From: a bacterium
GTDB taxonomy: Bacteria > UBP15 > UBA6099
Assembly: GCA_022709505.1 (NCBI GenBank)
Contig: JAKLIR010000003.1
Coordinates: 1-26,961, forward strand
Length of the DNA stretch: 26,961 nucleotides
Direction: 5' to 3'
Shown one piece after another: positions 9,811 to 18,633 of the stretch; the first letter of the stretch is position 1; every line of letters begins with the position of its first letter. The notes under the pieces were generated by a model. It saw only the letters and a program-made list of their open reading frames with translations, ran no database searches and had not been told where the DNA came from. The translations under genes were made by a program, and so were the position numbers.

Positions 9811-9840
9811 AAACAAAAGGGGCGGCGCGGCCTTCCGCCC
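9811..9840 (-). terminator. Rho-independent terminator after the HD-GYP gene (GGGCGG-loop-CCGCCC then CUUUUGUUUG)
   Basis: Reverse-strand hairpin from 9835-9840 / 9820-9825 with U-tract 9811-9819. It overlaps the first codons of the kinase gene. Confidence 0.5.
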
Positions 9841-9848
9841 GTGTGGCG

Positions 9849-11465
9849 TTATCTCTTTATTAAGCCTTTCTCGAATGCCTGAAGAAATGCTTTCACCACT
9901 GCGGGGTCGAACTGGCTTCCGGCGAGGGTCGATATCTTATTTTTAGCGGTATTAATATCCATTGCTTTCCTATAAGGGCGATCCGAACACATGGCGTCGA
10001 AAGCGCTGCAAAGCCCGATTATTCTGCTGAAAAGAGGTATCTGGTCTCCCGATATTCCTTTCGGGTATCCTTTTCCGTTGAAGTTCTCCATCTGGAACAT
10101 GATTGCGGGCACCGCGTATTCGAGCTGTTTTATGCTTTGAACTATCTTTGCACCGTAAACGGGTTGCATCCTGACGGCCTGCATTTCCTCCGGAGAGAGA
10201 GCGCCCGGTTTCAACAGCACTCTTTCAGGTATCTGAAGTCTTCCGATGTCGTGAAGGAACCCGATTATCTGAATCCGTTCGAGAGTTTCGCCGGTGAGTC
10301 CGAGCATCCTCGCTGTCATGGTCGAATAGCCGGCCACGCGGACCGAATGACCCGCGAAAAACGCATAGCGCGAGTCGATCATCTTAACCAGCGCGGTAAC
10401 GACGTTCAGGAAGAGTTCCTTGTTCGCCTGCATGAGCCGGACGTTCTCGATCGCAACCGCAGCCTGTCCGGCGAGCGCCATCATGTACTCCACGTCCTCT
10501 TCCTCGAATGTTTCCTTGTCGAGGGAGTTGATAATCTGTATCACTCCGGTGGTCTTGTTTTGATATTCGAGAGGCACGCAAACAACTGATTTAGTCCGAA
10601 AGCCCGTTTTTTTGTCGAAATCGGAATTGAATCTGTTGTCCTGATAGGCGTCTAAAATAAGGTCCGGCTTTCCTTTTTGCGCCACCCATCCCGCGATTCC
10701 TTTTCCGACGGGCAGCCTTATCTGCTTGATTTGTTCGCCGGCCTCGCCCTGCGCGCTCTCTATGTACAGCTCGTTCGCCTTATCGTCGAGCAAGAACAAC
10801 GAACTTGCTTCCGCGCGCATGACCTTCTTTGCAAGGTTCATAATCCTTTCGAGAAGGTTGTGCAGGTTGTCGAGTTGGGTTATTTCCTTCGCGACTGAGA
10901 GCATCGTGTTGAAGCGTTGAATCTTTGCTTCCGTGCTTTTCATCGCGGCCGCCTGCCCGACGAGCGAAGCCGCCTGTTCCGCAAGTATCGATGCAAGCTC
11001 GTAATCGTCGGTATTGAACTGAAGTCCGTCTTTTTTATTGATTACTTCGATGGCGCCGACGATCCTGTCCTCCGCTATCAAAGGTATCGCCATCAGATTG
11101 CTTATGTTCGTGCCGAGCACTGTGTTTATACTCGGATCGAAGCCGGGTTCCTTCGACGGGCTGCCGGATATTTTTTCCTTACCGCTGCAGTATGCCTCGC
11201 CTATCAGGCCGGAGCCGAGAGGCCATTCCTTCCCGATGATTTTCTTATCGAGACCGGACACGGATTTGATCGTCAGGTTGTCGCCTTCGAGAACTTCCTT
11301 GACCATTATCACGCTTGATTCAGCCGTCGTTACCATGTTGATGAGATCGAGAATATAACGCAACACGTTGTCCAGACGCGTGGAAGTGTTCATTACCGAT
11401 ATTAATTGGCGCAACAAATCGTTCTTGCGTTGTAAAAGGTAGTTTTCGGCTGCAAGATCGGCCAC
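9849..11465 (-). CDS. GAF-GAF-HD-GYP domain protein (putative c-di-GMP phosphodiesterase/regulator)
   Basis: 538 aa. GTG start with strong SD AAGGAG 7 nt upstream. GAF-like N-terminal two-thirds. C-terminal HD (FLHDIGRL) and GYP (NGKGYPKG ... DRPYRKA) motifs. Confidence 0.8.
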   Translation of the reverse strand: MADLAAENYLLQRKNDLLRQLISVMNTSTRLDNVLRYILDLINMVTTAESSVIMVKEVLEGDNLTIKSVSGLDKKIIGKEWPLGSGLIGEAYCSGKEKISGSPSKEPGFDPSINTVLGTNISNLMAIPLIAEDRIVGAIEVINKKDGLQFNTDDYELASILAEQAASLVGQAAAMKSTEAKIQRFNTMLSVAKEITQLDNLHNLLERIMNLAKKVMRAEASSLFLLDDKANELYIESAQGEAGEQIKQIRLPVGKGIAGWVAQKGKPDLILDAYQDNRFNSDFDKKTGFRTKSVVCVPLEYQNKTTGVIQIINSLDKETFEEEDVEYMMALAGQAAVAIENVRLMQANKELFLNVVTALVKMIDSRYAFFAGHSVRVAGYSTMTARMLGLTGETLERIQIIGFLHDIGRLQIPERVLLKPGALSPEEMQAVRMQPVYGAKIVQSIKQLEYAVPAIMFQMENFNGKGYPKGISGDQIPLFSRIIGLCSAFDAMCSDRPYRKAMDINTAKNKISTLAGSQFDPAVVKAFLQAFEKGLIKR

Positions 11466-11504
11466 TGTTTACTCCTTTCCGGTCGTCCGTGCAGATTTTA
11501 AACT

Positions 11505-11510
11505 ATTATA
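11505..11510 (-). promoter_or_regulatory. Candidate -10 (TATAAT) for the HD-GYP gene in the AT-rich divergent intergenic region
   Basis: Reverse complement of attata (11505-11510). It would give a leader of about 33 nt containing the SD. No convincing -35. Confidence 0.25.
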
Positions 11511-11615
11511 TCTTATAACCGTCAGTCGGTTTTTTCTATATATTAGTATCATTAATAAATAAATAATATTTCATCACCGAATAATAATTAAATATTGATG
11601 ACATAATTTTCCGAC

Positions 11616-14600
11616 GTGTCTCACATCGATGGTATAATAGCCGGAAGTATGGGCGAGCTTATTGTTAAATTATCGCATTTCGAGGAAGACGGCATCGACC
11701 GATTATTCCGCGATTTGGATATATACGCTGAATTTTTGAAAGGACCGTCGAATAAAACGGTTGTGATATTTCCGACGGATCGGGCGGCGCGAGCGGCGGA
11801 AAAGGCTGTCATAAGGGAAAACGGCGGATGTATCTTCGGCGAAAACATACTTTCATGGCGGGTGCTTGTCGCAAAGACGCGGCCCGCCTGCACGCGGGGA
11901 ATCGAGCTTAACGAGCGCTTTTTAGATGTCATCTTCAAATCGATTTCAGGAGACTCCGCATTTTCCGCCACCACGTATGGGAAATGCGCCGGATTTCCCG
12001 GCGCTGTTTCAGAGATGAAAAGAACGATCACCGAGATCAGGCAGAACGGCTTTTTGCGACCGGATGATTTAGAGAAAGCATTGAGCGGCGGACGTGTTGA
12101 AATCCGCGACGGGCTGATTTCCGATGTTATTAATGTTTTTTCCATGTATGAAAAAAAGAAATCGGAAGGTTTTGAAAATAAGAAATATTTCGACGCCGAG
12201 GATATTCTGGCTGCGGCGGGTGAAGTTCTTGAGACGGAGGGCGCGCGCAAGCTGTTCAACGGCGCCGAACGTTTTATCTTCATCGGCTTTTATGATTTCA
12301 ATGTACTGCAAAAACGGTTCGTCGCGGCTCTGATAAAAACGGCGGCGAAGACTATATTCGCAATCGATGCGGACGCGGATGTTCTCGGCGAAAATGCGAA
12401 GGATCATCCCGTATGTGCACTACCGGCAGCGATGGTGTCATTTCTTAAATCACAAAAAAATATTGATGTGAAAATCGAGATCGACGAAGACAAAGAAGTC
12501 GCTCCGAACACGGCGGATGTTATTTTTCTAAGCGCCGGCGCTCAGGCGAGGCGAGAAGAAGAATACGACCGCTCCCCAATCGGGGCGATATACGCGGAGG
12601 ATTTGAAAGACGAGGTCGAGCGGATCGCGGCGGATATAAAGAGAAGGATAATCGACGAAGGTGAAAGTCCGTCTGACATAGCGGTTGTTTTTCCGGCTCT
12701 CGGTAAATACGTTTCGATCGTCTCGGAGACGTTCGAGACGTTCCGTGTTCCTTATGACATAGCAGCTCAAAAACCGTTTTCCTCTTCGCCGCTTTTCGAA
12801 TTGTTCGATTCCGTTCTCGATGTCGTTGAAAAAGGTTTCCCGAGAGCGACCGTGCTCAAATTGCTCGCGTCTCCTTTCGTGAGTTTGGAGAAGCTCGGCG
12901 GAGGCGATCCTTTCGAACTGGATTCATTGGCGCGGGAGGCGAAGATTTACGGCGGCGATCCGAGGACTTGCATGGACGAGTGGCGCGGCAGCTTGATCTC
13001 GCTGAAGAGAAAGTCGGAGTTGCGTGTTTCGTATGATTATGAAGACGATTCTTCGATGAAAGAGAGTGCGGCCTCGAAAGCGCGGGAGGAAAACAAAAAT
13101 AAGATTCGGCGCATCGATGAATGGATCACACGTGTGGAAAAGTTGTTCGGTTTTTTCAAACCGTTGATCGATGACGGCGCCATCAGGCCGGAGGCTTGGT
13201 TTAACTCTCTGTCCGCTGTTTTCGATTTCTTCGATCTTGAAGACACCGTTTACGAGGGAAAGTATGCCGAAAATGATGCGGGATTGCGCAAAGCGGCGGG
13301 TGAATCGCTCCGGGCGATGATAGGGGTGATGAGGGAATGTGAAAACGCGATATCCATGACTGCGGAACGGGAAGGCGTCAAAAGGGGAGACATCATCGGC
13401 ATTCTTAGGTCCGTTGCGGACACAGCGGAGATTCCGGCAGTGCGCGATGCTTCCGGCGTGCGGATCATTGGGTTGTACGAGACGAGAGGCGTTTCTTTCA
13501 AAAACGTCTATATCGGCGGCCTAACAGAGACTGATTTTCCACGCAGGTCGAAACAACCTGTTTTTTTGAACGGGAACGTACGGGCCGCGCTTGGACTTCG
13601 ATCGATACGCGATGATAAATCGGAGGAGAGATACCTTTTCAGGAGACTGCTTTCGGTTTCGGGCGGGATAACGGTCTCATATCCCGGGAAAGACGGAGAT
13701 GTCGATCTGTTGAAGTCGCCGTACCTTGTCGAACTCGAGCGATGCGCGGACATTATTTTCACACCTGACGCAGGGAAAGAACGCTTTTTCACCGAAAAAC
13801 AGCTTCTCATGGGGATAGGGCGTTCGGCTTTCGGAGACGCGGCGGATGAGAAAGTGACGGCGGCTTCGAAGTCGATCGACGATGGAAATACGATGAAAAG
13901 AATCACGAGGGCGTTCGAAGGGCTCGAAATCGAGAAAAGAAGGAAAAGCGATGTTCTCGGAGAGTATGACGGAATAATATCGTCCCCGGAATTGCTCGAA
14001 TACATAGCGAATTCGCAGATTTCGGAACGAGACGTAACGGCGACGAGGATCGACAACTACGCCCGATGTCCGTTCAAATATTTCTGTTCCCGTTTTCTGC
14101 TCGGCCTCGATGAGCCGGAAGATGTTCAGGAAGATATCGATCCGAGGATGACCGGCGAGATCGTGCATGAAATACTGAAGCAGTTTTACTGCGAGAGGAT
14201 CAGCGGGCCGGGCGATGTCGCCGAGGCGGTCACGAACGAAAACATTTCCGATGCCGGAAAGAGAATGCTCGCAATAGCAAAGGGGAAGTTACGGGGCGTT
14301 CTCGAAGAGGGTGTTTTCATGGAGCGTTTCGTAAGGGATATCACAGGCGGGCTTGACGCGGATGAGTCCGACGCTCGCCCCGGCAGGCTGAGAGCTTTTC
14401 TCGACGGAGAAGCGAAGCACGATTTGCGGATGGTCCCCGTTTTTCTCGAAGCCGAATTCAACGGTGAAAAGCCCGCGGAACTCGGCCCGGGAAGGCTTGT
14501 CGCGCCTCCGATGGCGATGAAGGCCGGAGAGATATCTTTCAGACTCGGTGGAAAGATAGACCGGATTGATAAAGTGACCCGCGGCGGCGCGGACAAATAC

Positions 14601-15083
14601 TTCGTTCAAGACTACAAGACAGGAACTCCGTCTAAGGCGGATTTGATCAAACGCGGCCTCGATTTCCAATTGGTTGTTTACATTATTCTCGCCTCATCGG
14701 TCTTCAAGATAGATTCGATTGTAGGTGCGGCATACAGAAAAATTGAGAGTTCCGGCAACGAGGGAAAACTCGATTCGTTGATCGTGCGCGTCGAATACGT
14801 TTCTACAAACGAAAATGAATTTCCGTTGATATTAAGAGCGAAATCGAAAGATTTCTACAAAGGCGTCCAATTCGAGGAGTTCATTGAAAAATCGTATGAA
14901 AGAATCGGGAAAATCGTTACGGCGGTGTCGAAAGGGATATTCAGTTGCGGTTTCGAGACCGAACCGCATTGTCGCATTTGCGAATTCAGCGGTATATGCA
15001 GGAGGGACGACGAGAGGATGGAAAGGATAAGAAGCGCGCTCGCGGAGAGACCGGGCGACTTTTATATCCCGGACGGGAAGTAA
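11616..15083 (+). CDS. addB: AddB-type helicase-nuclease subunit (inactive helicase-like N-terminus, RecB-family nuclease plus Fe-S cluster C-terminus)
   Basis: 1155 aa. CPFKYFCSRF and C-terminal CRICEFSGIC give the four-Cys iron-staple arrangement. Nuclease motif GKIDRIDKV...DYKTG. Followed by addA with a 1-nt gap. No Walker A at the N-terminus. The true start may be ATG 11649. Confidence 0.8.
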   Translation: MSHIDGIIAGSMGELIVKLSHFEEDGIDRLFRDLDIYAEFLKGPSNKTVVIFPTDRAARAAEKAVIRENGGCIFGENILSWRVLVAKTRPACTRGIELNERFLDVIFKSISGDSAFSATTYGKCAGFPGAVSEMKRTITEIRQNGFLRPDDLEKALSGGRVEIRDGLISDVINVFSMYEKKKSEGFENKKYFDAEDILAAAGEVLETEGARKLFNGAERFIFIGFYDFNVLQKRFVAALIKTAAKTIFAIDADADVLGENAKDHPVCALPAAMVSFLKSQKNIDVKIEIDEDKEVAPNTADVIFLSAGAQARREEEYDRSPIGAIYAEDLKDEVERIAADIKRRIIDEGESPSDIAVVFPALGKYVSIVSETFETFRVPYDIAAQKPFSSSPLFELFDSVLDVVEKGFPRATVLKLLASPFVSLEKLGGGDPFELDSLAREAKIYGGDPRTCMDEWRGSLISLKRKSELRVSYDYEDDSSMKESAASKAREENKNKIRRIDEWITRVEKLFGFFKPLIDDGAIRPEAWFNSLSAVFDFFDLEDTVYEGKYAENDAGLRKAAGESLRAMIGVMRECENAISMTAEREGVKRGDIIGILRSVADTAEIPAVRDASGVRIIGLYETRGVSFKNVYIGGLTETDFPRRSKQPVFLNGNVRAALGLRSIRDDKSEERYLFRRLLSVSGGITVSYPGKDGDVDLLKSPYLVELERCADIIFTPDAGKERFFTEKQLLMGIGRSAFGDAADEKVTAASKSIDDGNTMKRITRAFEGLEIEKRRKSDVLGEYDGIISSPELLEYIANSQISERDVTATRIDNYARCPFKYFCSRFLLGLDEPEDVQEDIDPRMTGEIVHEILKQFYCERISGPGDVAEAVTNENISDAGKRMLAIAKGKLRGVLEEGVFMERFVRDITGGLDADESDARPGRLRAFLDGEAKHDLRMVPVFLEAEFNGEKPAELGPGRLVAPPMAMKAGEISFRLGGKIDRIDKVTRGGADKYFVQDYKTGTPSKADLIKRGLDFQLVVYIILASSVFKIDSIVGAAYRKIESSGNEGKLDSLIVRVEYVSTNENEFPLILRAKSKDFYKGVQFEEFIEKSYERIGKIVTAVSKGIFSCGFETEPHCRICEFSGICRRDDERMERIRSALAERPGDFYIPDGK
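11630..11638 (+). promoter_or_regulatory. Extended -10 promoter TGGTATAAT for addB
   Basis: A perfect TGnTATAAT at 11630-11638, which lies inside the track's GTG-11616 ORF. The predicted TSS near 11645 sits 4 nt before an in-frame ATG at 11649. Confidence 0.35.
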
Positions 15084-15084
15084 T

Positions 15085-18000
15085 ATGGATTTGACCGACA
15101 AACAGAGGAGCGCACTTGCGCTGGACAGGCACATAGCGTTGCGCGCAGGCGCCGGTTCGGGGAAGACGGCGGTGCTCGTCGAGAGGTATTTATCCATTCT
15201 ATCCGAGCGTAAAGCTTCGGTTGACGGGATTGCGGCCATAACGTTCACTGAAAAGGCGGCGGCCCAGTTGAAAGGGAAAATCGCATCCGAAGTTGCGAGA
15301 CGTCTCGAAACGGCGGTCGAAAACGGCGCGAGTGAAGAGATCGAATATTGGGAGGCTGTCAACGGAGATCTCAACGGCGCTCACATTTCCACTATTCACG
15401 CGTTCTGCGCGGGCCTTCTCCGGGAGTATGCGATAGCGGCGGGAGTGGACCCCTCGTTCAAGTTGATGGACGACGTCGAAAGCGGGATCATGATTCGCGA
15501 GGCGGTGGAGACGGTGGTGGACGCCGGGGCGAGGTCGGGAGACGAATCGGTCAGGGACCTTGCCCGTTTATGGTCGCGAGCGAGCTTGAACAACGCGGTG
15601 ATTTCGCTATTCGGGAAAAGGCGGTTGGCGCTCGATTGGGCGAATAGGCGCTCCGCGATGACTCCGGCTGAAATATTCGAGGAGTATGAATCGGTTGCGA
15701 AGAACATGTCCGCGGAAGTCGTGACGGAGAAGAAAATCGATGATTTCATCCGAAGCGTCGAACCGTTGACTTGCATCGACGAGAGCAACAGTCAATACGA
15801 ACAGCGCACGAATACGCTTCAATCGCTGATGAAAATCCGAGCGGACGTCGAGCAGGGAAAACAAGTGGATTTTACGTTTGTCGGAGGATTGAGCAAACCC
15901 CGCGGTTCGGGATGTAAAGGGACGGATGATGATACCGAGGAGTGGAAGAATTGCATAGACGGTTTGAGAGACGTCAAGAAAAAATTAGATGCATGTAAAA
16001 TCGGGCCGCGGGACGAGGTTTTGGCGGGCAAGGAAAAGTCGCTTTCGACAATCTTCACGAGAGCGTGGAACGGATATGAGAATGCGAAGAGGCACGGCGT
16101 TCTTCTCGACTATGACGATTTGCTTGAAAAGGTACGGCTGTTCTTGCAAAAAGATGCGGGCGCCGCGCGGGAGATCGGTTCTCGCTTCAAGTTCATGATG
16201 GTTGATGAATTTCAGGACACGGACCCTCTTCAGTGGGAGATCGTGTCTCTCATATCAGGAGCAAGAGCCTCGGGGGGGCCGTCGAATGTGTTCTTCGTCG
16301 GGGACGACAAGCAAAGTATCTATTCATTCAGAGGCGCGGATATAAGAGTGTTTTCGCGGGCGGAGAAAAGTTTGATCGCCGACGCCGACTCGAATGAACG
16401 CGGGAAATCTCTCGAACTCGATGTCAATTTCAGGTCGCATCCTTTGTTGATGGATTTTTTCAATGCGTTTTTCCCACTTGTTTTCGATTCGGGCGAATCG
16501 CTGCGGGTTTCTCCGCGCATAAGCTACAACGAAATCGGCGCGGGAAGAAGAGACATCAAACGTCCGGATGAAAAAAGAGTGATGTTAGTGAAAATGCCGG
16601 ATAAAAAAAGTGAACCGGGATACAAGGATTATCCGAGCAACGTCATTGCTTTAAAGGTCAGCGAGATACTCGCGTCGCCGGATAAATATCTCATATATGA
16701 TTCGGAGTCGCAAAAGGAGAGGCCGGCGAAGGCCGGAGACATAGCCGTCCTGATACCCGGAAGAACGAGTCTTTCGGTTCTTGAAAACAGTCTGAGGAAA
16801 TGCAAGGTTCCTTTCAGAGTGCACGGAGGGATCGGGTTCTACGGGCGGCGGGAGGTATCGGACCTCATAAATTTACTTAGGTGCGCTTCCGATCCGAGGG
16901 ATGAGATATCGCTCGCGGGGGTTCTCCGATCGCCGTTCGGAAAGCTGAGCGACGAGGATTTATTAAGAATACATTTGTCGAGAGGCGATACGTTTCGTGA
17001 AAAACTTTCGAACTATCTTGAAGCGATGTCGGAACGATCTGAGAAGTATGAAGGGGTATCGGAGTTGATCGAGACTTTATCTCCGGTGAAAAGCCCCGTG
17101 AGGCTGTTGGCGGATGCGCTCGACGGGACGGGCGCGTGGAGCGTCTATGCGTCAGGAGACGATGGTTTTCAAAGGATTATGAATATCGAGAAGATGCTTT
17201 CTCTCGCGCGGGAGTTCGAATCGAAATCCGGAGGGATGAGAACCTTCATGGAAGAGCTCGACACGAGAATGTCGGGGAACGACAAGGAACCGCAGGCGCA
17301 GGCGGCGGAGATGTCTCTGGACAGTGTGAAGATCATGACGGTTCACGCGGCGAAAGGGTTGGAATTCCCTATCGTAATGGTGGCCGGATTGAATGAAAAA
17401 TATCAGTCTTCCAATAGAAACAGGGTTGTAATCGACGATGTCCCCGGATACGGGCCTTTCGCGGCGTTCAAGACGAGCGCCGAGTCGGAGGATGAGAACA
17501 AGATAGATACCACCGTCTTGAAGAATGTGTTGCTCGATATCGACAGAGCGAGGATCGCCGAGGAAAGAAAAAGACTTCTCTACGTGGCTTGTACTCGCGC
17601 GAAGGACTATCTTTTTCTATTCGGTTTGAAGAGCGGGGAGAGCGGCGATGATGACAAAAATGAAATGTCGTGGTCCACTCTGATTAACAAAAAGCTCGGG
17701 GAAGACGGAACTGAAAAAAGGAGGAAAGTGGAGTGCTTCGCAACGTTCATCGAGTCGATGGATTCCGTGGGGAAAACGAGGCCGGATTATGGTAAGGATC
17801 GTATAGAGGAACTCAGGTCGGCTTTCGAAACGACGAGGCAAACATCAGACGCCGCCGGGAAGGATGAGTCACGAGATGTTGCGAAAGCCTCATATTTAGG
17901 CCGTATATCACTTGCGGAGAAATGTATTGCATCTTCGCCGACCGAATTGCAGTCATTCAAGAAATCACGCGATGAATACCGCGACGCTTATAAGTTCGGG

Positions 18001-18633
18001 ATACCAACATCATGGATGAGGAGAAAATCTTTTGCCGGAAGGGCGGGCGCTCGAACGGCTGAGCCGGACGCGCTGATGCGGGGAGAGGCCGTGCACAGGC
18101 TGTTCGAGGTGATGCCGACTTCGATGTCGTGCAGCGCGGCGCCGGATGTATTTGAAAACATTCTCATCGAAATGGGCTTTTCCGATTCCGGAGTAAGGGA
18201 GAACCTCATATCGAAATACGCGGCGCGCGCCGAGGCTTTCTTCGCTTCAACGGAAGGGCGAAAGATTGCAGAGGAAGATTCATACAGAGAATTGCCGTTC
18301 ACGCTTCCGGTCGGAAGCCACATTTTAAGAGGGAAGATAGACGCGGCTTATAAAGACGGGAATTCATGGCGGCTGATAGATTATAAAACGGATGTGATAA
18401 AGCGCGGTGAAGAAGAGAATCATGCGAAGAATTATGAAATGCAATTGAAGACATACGCGCTTGCGGTGATGTCCGGCGTATCATCCGTGGAGGATGTCAG
18501 CGTATCGCTCTATTTCATAGAGACGGGATTCATGACGAGGCCGGTGAGATATTCGATCGGTTTGAAGGTAGAGCTGGAAAAGGAAATCAACGCCGCCGCC
18601 GATGAGCTCGCGATTTTCATGAGCGCAGTTTAG
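15085..18633 (+). CDS. addA: AddA-type ATP-dependent helicase/nuclease (UvrD-like SF1 helicase plus C-terminal RecB nuclease)
   Basis: 1182 aa. Walker A AGAGSGKT, DEFQDTD (motif II), VGDDKQSIYSFRGAD (III), VACTRAKDYLFLFG (VI), C-terminal nuclease GKIDAAYKDG..RLIDYKTD with QLKTYALAV. Confidence 0.9.
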   Translation: MDLTDKQRSALALDRHIALRAGAGSGKTAVLVERYLSILSERKASVDGIAAITFTEKAAAQLKGKIASEVARRLETAVENGASEEIEYWEAVNGDLNGAHISTIHAFCAGLLREYAIAAGVDPSFKLMDDVESGIMIREAVETVVDAGARSGDESVRDLARLWSRASLNNAVISLFGKRRLALDWANRRSAMTPAEIFEEYESVAKNMSAEVVTEKKIDDFIRSVEPLTCIDESNSQYEQRTNTLQSLMKIRADVEQGKQVDFTFVGGLSKPRGSGCKGTDDDTEEWKNCIDGLRDVKKKLDACKIGPRDEVLAGKEKSLSTIFTRAWNGYENAKRHGVLLDYDDLLEKVRLFLQKDAGAAREIGSRFKFMMVDEFQDTDPLQWEIVSLISGARASGGPSNVFFVGDDKQSIYSFRGADIRVFSRAEKSLIADADSNERGKSLELDVNFRSHPLLMDFFNAFFPLVFDSGESLRVSPRISYNEIGAGRRDIKRPDEKRVMLVKMPDKKSEPGYKDYPSNVIALKVSEILASPDKYLIYDSESQKERPAKAGDIAVLIPGRTSLSVLENSLRKCKVPFRVHGGIGFYGRREVSDLINLLRCASDPRDEISLAGVLRSPFGKLSDEDLLRIHLSRGDTFREKLSNYLEAMSERSEKYEGVSELIETLSPVKSPVRLLADALDGTGAWSVYASGDDGFQRIMNIEKMLSLAREFESKSGGMRTFMEELDTRMSGNDKEPQAQAAEMSLDSVKIMTVHAAKGLEFPIVMVAGLNEKYQSSNRNRVVIDDVPGYGPFAAFKTSAESEDENKIDTTVLKNVLLDIDRARIAEERKRLLYVACTRAKDYLFLFGLKSGESGDDDKNEMSWSTLINKKLGEDGTEKRRKVECFATFIESMDSVGKTRPDYGKDRIEELRSAFETTRQTSDAAGKDESRDVAKASYLGRISLAEKCIASSPTELQSFKKSRDEYRDAYKFGIPTSWMRRKSFAGRAGARTAEPDALMRGEAVHRLFEVMPTSMSCSAAPDVFENILIEMGFSDSGVRENLISKYAARAEAFFASTEGRKIAEEDSYRELPFTLPVGSHILRGKIDAAYKDGNSWRLIDYKTDVIKRGEEENHAKNYEMQLKTYALAVMSGVSSVEDVSVSLYFIETGFMTRPVRYSIGLKVELEKEINAAADELAIFMSAV

